Source: Clostridiaceae bacterium
GTDB taxonomy: Bacteria > Bacillota > Clostridia > Saccharofermentanales > DTU023
Direction: 5' to 3'
Assembly: GCA_012841145.1 (NCBI GenBank)
Contig: DUVH01000015.1
Span: 37,237 to 101,236 of the forward strand
Length of the DNA: 64,000 nt
Numbering within the stretch: the first letter of the stretch is position 1; each line of letters opens with the position of its first letter. Of this stretch, positions 56,455-64,000 are shown piece by piece. The position numbers and the translations under genes were made by a program. The notes below the pieces were generated by a model. It made no database searches. It saw only the letters and a list, made by a program, of their open reading frames with translations, and was not told the origin of the DNA.

Positions 56455-57414
56455 TTATGACGGATCAGCAACCGTCGACGTATCAATGTTTGAATCGTTG
56501 ATTAACTCTTTAATAGATACCGCCATGCCCGCAAGACTTTGGATATCCGACGGGATGATGATCTTGGTGGCACGACCGTCCGCGACGTTCACCATCGTCT
56601 CGAGACCTTTAAGCGCGATCAGCGCCCTGTCGGCCTCGACTTCCTTGATCATGCGCAAGCCTTCCGCCGTTGCTTTCTGGATCGTCAGGATCGCCTCCGC
56701 GCGGCCTTGCGATTCGCGGATTGCCTGCTCCTTTTTCGCATCGGCACGCAAAATCGCAGCTTCTTTTTCTCCTTCAGCGACGCGGATCAAAGCTTCTTTC
56801 TCGCCCTCAGAGATCAGGATCTTCTCGCGTTTCTCACGCTCCGCCTTCATCTGGCGCTCCATCGCCGTCTGAATCTCTCTCGGCGGGATGATATTTTTCA
56901 ACTCTACACGATTGACTTTGATGCCCCATGGGTCTGTCGCTTCGTCGAGTGTCTGGCGCATACGCGTATTGATCACATCGCGCGATGTCAGCGTTTCGTC
57001 GAGCTCCAGATCTCCGATCAAGTTACGTAGCGTTGTCGCCGACAAGTTCTCAATAGCGACGATCGGGTTTTCGATGCCGTAACAGTAGAGAACCGGGTCG
57101 ACGATCTGATAGAACACGACCGTATCAATCTGCATCGTGACGTTATCTCGCGTAATGACGGCCTGTGGAGGGAAGTCGGCGACTCTCTCCTTCAGCGAGA
57201 CACGACGTTCGATCTTGTCGATAAACGGCATTTTCGCATGAAGTCCCGTGTGCCATGTCGTCTTGTAAGTACCGAGACGCTCAATGACAAACGCATGAGC
57301 TTGAGGGACGACACGAATATTCCTGACAAAGATGATCAGAACGGCAAGTGCAAGTATGCCCAATGCAATGTATCCTATGAAAGGTACGGACGATGCTAAA
57401 AACAAACTGTACAT
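56455..57414 (-). CDS. SPFH/band-7 (stomatin-like) membrane protein
   Basis: 319 aa. N-terminal TM helix, SPFH core, coiled-coil E/K/A-rich region. Confidence 0.88.
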   Translation of the reverse strand: MYSLFLASSVPFIGYIALGILALAVLIIFVRNIRVVPQAHAFVIERLGTYKTTWHTGLHAKMPFIDKIERRVSLKERVADFPPQAVITRDNVTMQIDTVVFYQIVDPVLYCYGIENPIVAIENLSATTLRNLIGDLELDETLTSRDVINTRMRQTLDEATDPWGIKVNRVELKNIIPPREIQTAMERQMKAEREKREKILISEGEKEALIRVAEGEKEAAILRADAKKEQAIRESQGRAEAILTIQKATAEGLRMIKEVEADRALIALKGLETMVNVADGRATKIIIPSDIQSLAGMAVSIKELINDSNIDTSTVADPS

Positions 57415-57489
57415 AGGATCCTCCTCGTTGAATTCCCATCGTGGTCGTGGCGACCATATTCTTGCTCTTTATGTCAGAGCGTTTTCACT

Positions 57490-57987
57490 TTACCTTTTTG
57501 TCCAAGGCGTCGGCGTATCCCCTGCAACCGGTTTGACAATCGCCTTAACGCCAGCGATGCCGAGAACATGTACGAGTTCGCCCTCCGCGATCGTTCCCTC
57601 GCCTTCGACCCTCGCACTCCAGACCTGTCCTTGCACTTTGATCTGTCCCGTGCCCTTTATCGAATCGATCGGCTCGATGACGACACCCTCTTGGCCGATG
57701 ATGCGATCGGCGTTTGTCGCTCTGACGACGCGCTTAGCGAGCCTCGGCTTGATCGCAAAGAAAAAGATAATAAAACCAACACCTGACAGAACGACAAAAA
57801 GTACGAACTGCAACGCTATAGAAGCGCCGAGAAGTGCAGCGATCAGTGACACGATCGCTCCGAAAATGAACCAGATTGAGACTAGGTTCAGGGTCGCTAA
57901 TTCAGCAATAACCGCGATCGCCAGAATGATGCCCCAAAAAAGCACATCCGACACACCTAAAATCTTGTACGTCATTAAGATATTCAT
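57490..57987 (-). CDS. NfeD-family membrane protein
   Basis: The ATG at 57987 follows AGGAGGAGAG. TM helices followed by a C-terminal OB-like domain (GTGQIKVQGQVWSARVEGEG). Paired with the SPFH gene as usual. Confidence 0.8.
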   Translation of the reverse strand: MNILMTYKILGVSDVLFWGIILAIAVIAELATLNLVSIWFIFGAIVSLIAALLGASIALQFVLFVVLSGVGFIIFFFAIKPRLAKRVVRATNADRIIGQEGVVIEPIDSIKGTGQIKVQGQVWSARVEGEGTIAEGELVHVLGIAGVKAIVKPVAGDTPTPWTKR

Positions 57988-58107
57988 CGTTTCATTCTCT
58001 CCTCCTGCGCACTTACATCGGTTATGAATCTTCTTATTGCACAACGAAAATCACGGTGCATTGCGGCAAAATTCATATCGCACAATGGCCGGCCGGCACA
58101 AGGCATG

Positions 58108-59412
58108 CTACCCGTCGAACTCGTAATCGAGCGGGCCTTTCCTAGCCAACTGTACGATCACAAACGCCGTATTGTTCACTCGCAACGGCAGACGCGGAAT
58201 GCGCTGCTGTTCATCCTCATCAACGCTCCCGTCCGTTTCTTCTTCCTGAGTTTCCTGAGTATCCCAATCGACCGGTAATGTCTGTCGCGCGCTCTGCTCC
58301 TCAATGTCTTTGAAAAGATCTTCCAGTGTGCTCTGTCGATCAAACTGCGTCCCGGAAATCACACCTTCCGACGCCATAAACAGAGGGTTCTTATTCTCCA
58401 GTCCGACTTCCTCAATAGACTTGATGCGGTACTCGCCGGACTCCATAAAAACAACGGGAATACCTGCATCGTCGAACGGTGTATGGTCTGAAAGCTTCGT
58501 CGTCCATTCGCGAAAAATCCCGCTCTTGCCGGTACGCGTCGAAGCGATAAAAGAAGCCTGATTCGTGTAAATTGCGTATCCGTTCCGCGTATTGAGCTTG
58601 TATTCGAAGAAAATATCTGTCATTTGATAGAGCTTTCTTCTGTTAGCGTAATTTTTATACTCTCCGCCCGTCACGGAATTTTGCCCGGCGTGCGCGTAGA
58701 CCTTATCGCCTGCGAAGATCGGACCTACGTTGACCATAGCGTCGATGCGCGCACGTTCTTCATTTGACAATGAGTTCAAAAAATGTTTCGCTCCCGCGAA
58801 GGAGTCGGTTCCGGCTCCGAAAAAAACGAAAATGATATCGTATCCCGGTTTCATCTCGCGCATGATCTTTGCTGCAGTCATCACGGCAGCGACGCCTGAC
58901 GCGTTGTTATGGATGCCGTCGGCAACTAAAGGCTCCGTGTACCCTTCTTCATTCGGTTCAAGATGGACTGACGGAGTATCGTAGTGGGCACCGACAACCA
59001 AGACAAGATCGTCCGCTCGACCCGGTGTCGCCTGATCTGTCGCGTCTTTCGACTTAGGAGCATAGCGAAACCCCAGACCGTCAAGTCGAACGATCACATT
59101 CTGCGAAGCCTTCGTACTGCCGTCGCCGGCGACGGCTTTAAACTCCTGAATCTCAGGTTCATAACCAAACGACTTTAACCGTTCGGCGATCAAAGCGGAC
59201 GCATCTTTCTCCTGGCCGGTAAACGCCTCACGACGCGGAAATTTCTTGGCAAGTTCTCGTGCGAAATCGGCGCCGTCATTTCCGTAATCTGCGATACGAA
59301 TACTTTCCTTGTCAGTCTCCGTCGAACATGCTGTGAAGGTTAAAAGAAGCAAAATCACAAAAAACAGCGAGAATACACGGAGTCTTAACGTTCTGTACGG
59401 GGGCCGATTCAT
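58108..59412 (-). CDS. M28-family metallopeptidase lipoprotein
   Basis: The ATG at 59412 gives MNRPPYRTLRLRVFSLFFVILLLLTFTAC (lipobox). M28 motifs present: VGAHYDT, NNASGVAAV, FVFFGAG. The longer track ORF (to 59715) would overlap the divergent gene. Confidence 0.7.
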   Translation of the reverse strand: MNRPPYRTLRLRVFSLFFVILLLLTFTACSTETDKESIRIADYGNDGADFARELAKKFPRREAFTGQEKDASALIAERLKSFGYEPEIQEFKAVAGDGSTKASQNVIVRLDGLGFRYAPKSKDATDQATPGRADDLVLVVGAHYDTPSVHLEPNEEGYTEPLVADGIHNNASGVAAVMTAAKIMREMKPGYDIIFVFFGAGTDSFAGAKHFLNSLSNEERARIDAMVNVGPIFAGDKVYAHAGQNSVTGGEYKNYANRRKLYQMTDIFFEYKLNTRNGYAIYTNQASFIASTRTGKSGIFREWTTKLSDHTPFDDAGIPVVFMESGEYRIKSIEEVGLENKNPLFMASEGVISGTQFDRQSTLEDLFKDIEEQSARQTLPVDWDTQETQEEETDGSVDEDEQQRIPRLPLRVNNTAFVIVQLARKGPLDYEFDG

Positions 59413-59549
59413 CTGTCCGAACACGCCTGCCTTTTCTATCATTTGTGTCTGGTTTGCGCCGCAAGACGCGCCAAACAAGCGAGTTAATTGTATCACACTC
59501 GACACTTCGTTCTCGACGGACGACGGGCGTCGTATGGTATGATCTGGGT

Positions 59550-61091
59550 GTGAATAAAGTCGGCTTGCAATCGGTGTTTTCAAGTTTTTCTCCGTTGTCG
59601 TCAAAACGGTCTTTTGCCGCTGTTCTGCTATGTGCCGCACTTTTTTTCTCCCTGCTCCCGTCATCGCAGGGCGTCTTAGCGGACGACGGACAGACAACTG
59701 AACCGTCGGAACCACGTATCAGTGAAGGGTTCGAACCTTCCGTCAAGCTTCCCGCCGTACTTGTGCTCGACTCGTCGCTCCGATCGGAACTCTATGCGAA
59801 AAACAGCGAGATCGTTCTGGAAATTCCCGCCGTTTCTCGTCTGATGACTCTTTATCTCGCGTCCGAGCGCCTTGCCGCAGATGACATGATTCCCATAAGT
59901 AAAGATGCCGCGAGGATCTCCGAGTTTGAGGATCACATCGATATCCCGCTCCGAGAAGGCGACTCTTTTCCCGTTCGATATATGTTGTTGCGTCTCATGT
60001 TCCAGCAATCTGATGCGGCAGCAGTCGCGCTCGCCGAGAAGATCGCCGGCTCAAGAAGGGAGTTCGTCTCCGAAATGCAGAAAACGGCCATGATGCTCGG
60101 TATGAGTCAGACGACTATTCACAGGTGTGATGTAGTGCGGGCGGAACGCGAATCGAGCATTGCGAGTGAAATTGCCGATGCCGCCGCCATACTGGAGGAA
60201 CATATCGCTCAAAATGCTTCCGGAGCTCCCGCCTTACCCGAGGCATCCGACAGGGTATCAACGGCAAAGACGACGCTCCGAGACGTGGCACGGCTCCTCT
60301 CCGCCATACAGGCGAATGCGCGCGCAAAAAACGTACTCTCCCTTCAAGAAGAATTGATACAGGTGACGCTTTCGACCGGCGTCCGTGTTGTCGCGATGCG
60401 TTCTCCGGCGAGCAGGCTCAGAACGCTGTCCGAAAACCGTATCACGTGTGCCTGGCTGATGATGTCGGATCGCTACTCCTTGGCGGTCACCACCGGATCG
60501 ACAGTCGACGGCATCTCTGTCATGACGTTGACGGCATCGCTCAACCAAGCGAGCACGATACAGCCGACTTTGCAACTCTACCAGGAGATCGATACTTTTT
60601 ACACTAAATCAGTATTGACACGCTCCGGCGAAAAATACCCCGGGGCTCCGGAAGCGGCAGAAAACGGCGAACTGTTCTCGTTGATGTACCTCGATTCCGT
60701 CGATTACATCCACCCGAAAACGGACCACTTTCTCACGCCGAAACTCGATTACATCGGAAACGCGCCTTACCCCTTGCCTATTCTCAGAGGTACCATGACG
60801 GGGCAGGTGCTCTTTACGCTGAAAGACGGCACGCGTATACCGGTGCGCGTCGGATCGGACTCCGATATTCTGGCGAGTAACAACATCATAAGTCGCGGTA
60901 TTCAACTGATGTCGCGCAACCCTAACCTCGCCTACAGCATCATGGGAATCGCGGTCGTCCTGTCACTCGCTCTCTTATTCGTTATTATCCGGGAAATTAG
61001 AAAAATTCTCTATTGGCAGCGTATCAAATCACTGGAGGACACTGTCCAAGCTGCGCGCTCCATTCTCATCGGTGAACAGAAAGACCGATAA
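59550..61091 (+). CDS. PBP5/D-Ala-D-Ala carboxypeptidase-like protein with degenerate active-site motifs and C-terminal membrane anchor
   Basis: GTG at 59550 precedes a signal peptide (FAAVLLCAALFFSLLPSSQG). It aligns to S11 peptidases, but SxxK reads AVSR and SxN reads QQS. C-terminal TM helix (AYSIMGIAVVLSLALLFVII). The start codon is uncertain. Confidence 0.6.
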   Translation: MNKVGLQSVFSSFSPLSSKRSFAAVLLCAALFFSLLPSSQGVLADDGQTTEPSEPRISEGFEPSVKLPAVLVLDSSLRSELYAKNSEIVLEIPAVSRLMTLYLASERLAADDMIPISKDAARISEFEDHIDIPLREGDSFPVRYMLLRLMFQQSDAAAVALAEKIAGSRREFVSEMQKTAMMLGMSQTTIHRCDVVRAERESSIASEIADAAAILEEHIAQNASGAPALPEASDRVSTAKTTLRDVARLLSAIQANARAKNVLSLQEELIQVTLSTGVRVVAMRSPASRLRTLSENRITCAWLMMSDRYSLAVTTGSTVDGISVMTLTASLNQASTIQPTLQLYQEIDTFYTKSVLTRSGEKYPGAPEAAENGELFSLMYLDSVDYIHPKTDHFLTPKLDYIGNAPYPLPILRGTMTGQVLFTLKDGTRIPVRVGSDSDILASNNIISRGIQLMSRNPNLAYSIMGIAVVLSLALLFVIIREIRKILYWQRIKSLEDTVQAARSILIGEQKDR

Positions 61092-61124
61092 TCAGGCGTA
61101 TTATTCGTAAGAATCGGAAGAACG

Positions 61125-61673
61125 CTATGAGCGCCGTCTCACCCACGGCGAAATTCTATCCATGTAAAACTGTTCAAAAACTTTCAAGACGTAATGGTAT
61201 ACGAGGAGAAAAATCTGTAATGCGACCATCACGAGCACAATAATCACAAGCGTCGACGGCTCAAATCGTGTAAACACAACACGATCGATTCCGACAATAA
61301 AGAGTGCCATCAGTGCCATCGCCGACATGACGATATGCGTCACCAGCTTTGTGACGAACATGCTCGTCCGCACGCGTAAAAACATGATAAGTTGAGGCAA
61401 ATGGCCGAAACAAAAGGCGAACATCACGCCGGAAAAGACACCGGGATGGATGAAGGCAAGAACTGTCGTAACGAGATAGACAAGAAATGTGCCGCGCGAA
61501 CCGAGCTCCAGATGAGCGACGACGATGACGAGAGAAGCCAGCGTCAAGAGAAAAAAACGGCCCGTTGGCAGGACACCCGCCAAAATCAGGAATAACCAAC
61601 AAAGGGCCGATAGAATACCGCCCAAAGCGATTTGAGCAGAACCGGAAAAAGACGACCTCGTTCCCCTCGCCAT
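61125..61673 (-). CDS. polytopic membrane protein, function unknown
   Basis: 182 aa, ~5 hydrophobic helices. Lies 7 nt downstream of the J-domain gene. Confidence 0.6.
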   Translation of the reverse strand: MARGTRSSFSGSAQIALGGILSALCWLFLILAGVLPTGRFFLLTLASLVIVVAHLELGSRGTFLVYLVTTVLAFIHPGVFSGVMFAFCFGHLPQLIMFLRVRTSMFVTKLVTHIVMSAMALMALFIVGIDRVVFTRFEPSTLVIIVLVMVALQIFLLVYHYVLKVFEQFYMDRISPWVRRRS

Positions 61674-61680
61674 ACCTTAA

Positions 61681-62088
61681 TCAGCAGCAAAGACAGAGAT
61701 CGCCGCCCATGCATTCACAACAAGAGTCGGCACAACAAAGGCATGTGAGCGTTTGACAACACGAATCTTCACTTCCGCCCGAGCGATAGTATGGAGATTG
61801 GTTTTGAGGATCGCCGTATGGCGACTGCTGGTGCGTCCACCGACGTCCGCCGTATCCGAAAGGATCCCATCCGGGATGCTGTTGCTGATCCTGTTGAACG
61901 TTGCCGAGCGTAATCTGGTCATACGCCGCGTTGATCTCGCGCATTTTAGCTTCGGCAAGTTCCTTGGCGCGCTCATCCTGAAACTGATCGGGATGGTATT
62001 TGCGTACGAGTTCTCGGTACGCTGTCCGGACTTCTTCTTCGGACGCTCCCGGAGAGATACCGAGGACGGAATATGGGTTTTTACTCAT
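61681..62088 (-). CDS. J-domain protein with Q/P-rich linker and C-terminal cysteine string
   Basis: 135 aa. J-domain NPYSVLGISPGASEEEVRTAYRELVRKYHPD. The tail CCQTLTCLCCADSCCECMGGDLCLCC has 13 Cys in 26 aa. Confidence 0.8.
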   Translation of the reverse strand: MSKNPYSVLGISPGASEEEVRTAYRELVRKYHPDQFQDERAKELAEAKMREINAAYDQITLGNVQQDQQQHPGWDPFGYGGRRWTHQQSPYGDPQNQSPYYRSGGSEDSCCQTLTCLCCADSCCECMGGDLCLCC

Positions 62089-62115
62089 TATTTACTCCTA
62101 CAAACGATCAGAACT

Positions 62116-63027
62116 TTAGACGTTGGGGAGCGGCTCCCCCGCCACCACACGGCCGCGCGTCATAGGCAAACCGAGCGTAACGATATTATACACAAGCCCA
62201 CCGTAGCGCTCATATGTCAAAAGAGCGAGATTCCTGTCGATCGCCTCCTCCGCCTCAATCAGTCGCATCTCGGCGATCTTACTGCCGTTCTCCAGCGATA
62301 AAAGCGGATTCCAGTTGTTCTTAGCGCGATCGTCCTCCAGATCGTCGAGCGCATCGACCAAATATACCCATCGACCGAGCGCACGCCCCGCGTCGCCAAG
62401 CAGTGTCCTATAGAGGTCGGCATTTTGCTCGCTCTCATACCATCTAGGAGCGCTCGGGACGCCGTCCTGTCCCCGCTCGGAAATATCCTCCGATGATACG
62501 ATTACATCAAAACCGTCCTCGAAAAGACACCCTAGGATATCGCCGAAACAATCTGCGGGATCACGCGACGAGCGCCCCTTCTCGATCTCTTCCAGCTGTT
62601 TCAGCTCATCGCGGATGTACGATGCGACGGCAGGTCTCGCGCGAACTGCCTTATTCGCGGAGTGCCGGAGCAAGAGCGACAGCACGCGCCCGCGAATCGG
62701 TTTATCGTCTTGTGCGTCATCTCTCATCGATTCATATGCGAGAAGACACGACAAGTCCGCCGCGTAGTCCAGCACATGATGGTCAGCTGCGATCGCCTTC
62801 TTCTTAAAAGGATTCAAGACACACCCCTCGTGTCTGACGTCGGGCTCGACGGTCGAAAAAGCGAGGAGCAGAAGTGCCAAAAAAGTCATGTCGTACGAAA
62901 CCGTAAAACGCTGTAGTTGACCGATCCGTTTCCCGATCGCCTTGCAAAGACCGCAGTAAACCGCCTTGTACAAAGTGAAGTCGCGCATCAGAAGTTCAGG
63001 TTTTTCAGGTCTCACGTATCCGAACAT
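62116..63027 (-). CDS. DUF5685-like protein
   Basis: 303 aa. The N-terminus MFGYVRPEKPELLMRDFTLYKAVYCGLCKAIG matches my recollection of the DUF5685 family of Clostridia. Confidence 0.6.
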   Translation of the reverse strand: MFGYVRPEKPELLMRDFTLYKAVYCGLCKAIGKRIGQLQRFTVSYDMTFLALLLLAFSTVEPDVRHEGCVLNPFKKKAIAADHHVLDYAADLSCLLAYESMRDDAQDDKPIRGRVLSLLLRHSANKAVRARPAVASYIRDELKQLEEIEKGRSSRDPADCFGDILGCLFEDGFDVIVSSEDISERGQDGVPSAPRWYESEQNADLYRTLLGDAGRALGRWVYLVDALDDLEDDRAKNNWNPLLSLENGSKIAEMRLIEAEEAIDRNLALLTYERYGGLVYNIVTLGLPMTRGRVVAGEPLPNV

Positions 63028-63155
63028 GACGTATATTGTCCTTATTTTTATGCAATCTGTAAACAGCGTGCACCGCTGATATTCCGCGCAATTATGATAT
63101 CATTGATGAGATTGCGATACACGAGGAGGCGAACCCGTTTTTTAGGGTGATGTTT

Positions 63156-64000
63156 ATGGCAAAAATCACAAAAACTCGTTTTGCACCAAGTCCGACGGGC
63201 ATCATGCACATCGGCAACTTGCGCTCCGCGCTGTACGAGTATTTAATCGCGCGCTCCGAAGGGGGAAAGTTTCTCCTGCGCATCGAGGACACCGATCGCG
63301 AGAGGTACGTTGAGGGAGCCGTTGAAGCGATCTATCGAACGCTCGACGTGTGCGGTCTTCACCACGATGAGGGACCGGATATCGGAGGACCGAACGGGCC
63401 TTACGTTCAGAGCGAGCGCCTTCATCTATACAGTGAATACGCCGATCAACTTGTAGCCTCCGGACACGCATACCCCTGCTTTTGTTCGGTCGAACGACTG
63501 GCAGATATGTGGGAAGACGAAGAAACGGAATTTATCGGATACGATCGCCGCTGCCGCGACATCGATCCCGCAATTGCCGCTCATCGCGTCGCCGCAGGAG
63601 AGCCGCACGTCATCCGTCAACGAATGCCTCTTGACGGCGAGACGACGTTCTCAGATGAAGTCTACGGCGTCATTACCGTCATGAATCAAGAGCTTGAGGA
63701 TCAGATCCTTATCAAGTCGGACGGTTATCCGACCTACAATTTTGCAAACGTCATCGACGATCACCTGATGGAGATCACGCACGTCGTCCGAGGATCCGAG
63801 TATCTGTCGTCGACGCCGAAATACTGCATTCTGTATGACGCCTTCGGTTGGGAGATCCCCACGTTCGTCCACTTGCCGCTAATCGTCGGCGAAGACGGAA
63901 AGAAGCTCTCCAAACGCCACGGCTCCACGAGCTTTGAAGAACTCGTAAAAGACGGATATCTTCCTGAAGCGATCATCAATATGATCGCCTTCCTCGGCTG
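63156..64000 (+). CDS. gltX: glutamate--tRNA ligase (partial, continues past window end)
   Basis: Absent from the ORF track (runs off the edge). My translation from ATG 63156 gives [29 protein letters not shown]...[10 protein letters not shown]...KLSKRHG, with HIGH-like and KMSKS-like motifs. Confidence 0.92.
   Translation, partial: MAKITKTRFAPSPTGIMHIGNLRSALYEYLIARSEGGKFLLRIEDTDRERYVEGAVEAIYRTLDVCGLHHDEGPDIGGPNGPYVQSERLHLYSEYADQLVASGHAYPCFCSVERLADMWEDEETEFIGYDRRCRDIDPAIAAHRVAAGEPHVIRQRMPLDGETTFSDEVYGVITVMNQELEDQILIKSDGYPTYNFANVIDDHLMEITHVVRGSEYLSSTPKYCILYDAFGWEIPTFVHLPLIVGEDGKKLSKRHGSTSFEELVKDGYLPEAIINMIAFLG

Noticed and set aside
57332-58027. 231-aa plus-strand ORF
   Set aside because: It is antisense to the NfeD gene and the SPFH 5' end. 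The minus-strand genes have family-typical sequences and RBSs.
63028-63155. Possible T-box leader upstream of gltX
   Set aside because: It is only 128 nt and has no T-box sequence (AATTAGGGTGGTACCGCG-like) or specifier-loop architecture.
1-64000. Search for CRISPR arrays, transposases/integrases, prophage or toxin-antitoxin/defence modules
   Set aside because: I found no spaced identical direct repeats, no recombinase-like or phage-like ORFs and no recognisable defence genes. The only repeats are the short tandem sets reported above.

Overview
This 64 kb chromosomal window looks Firmicutes/Clostridia-like. Supporting signs are roughly mid-50s % GC by eye, a CIRCE/hrcA heat-shock operon, FabK-type fatty-acid synthesis, ECF transporters and an [LI]PxTG sorting signal. 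I saw no rRNA, CRISPR array, transposase or integrase; I identified one tRNA. Most genes lie on the minus strand.

Housekeeping blocks:
- rimP-nusA-ylxR-infB (infB runs off the left edge) with tRNA-Arg(CCU)
- gcvT-gcvH-gcvPA-gcvPB
- acpP-fabH-fabK-fabD-fabG-fabF-fabZ-marR
- hemW / hrcA-grpE-dnaK-dnaJ with a textbook CIRCE operator
- an SPFH/NfeD pair
- gltX (runs off the right edge)

Accessory content, in order of interest:
1. A ~20 kb catabolic supercluster (4353-23929). It contains a PucR-led operon (DUF2877, FdrA, a 57-aa ORF below the track cutoff, DUF1116, a cyclase/formamidase-type hydrolase). Divergent from it is a three-subunit molybdenum hydroxylase (FAD, 2Fe-2S, Moco). Convergent with that is an MdcA-like malonate transferase fused into an Mmd-type Na+-pumping biotin decarboxylase operon, followed by an amidase and birA-bioY. 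I propose, as inference only, an anaerobic N-heterocycle (oxidative-pyrimidine-like) to malonate to acetate pathway.
2. An ECF-type sigma factor whose overlapping partner is a single-pass membrane protein with an extracytoplasmic serpin-fold domain.
3. A cobalamin-riboswitch-led operon. It encodes a sortase-anchored DUF4430 + beta-propeller surface protein, a DUF4430 lipoprotein and a dedicated ECF transporter.
4. A DUF5685 / cysteine-string-like J-domain / membrane-protein trio.
5. A PBP5-like protein with all catalytic motifs degenerate.

All functional calls rest on my reading of the translated ORFs and DNA motifs. No database search was run.
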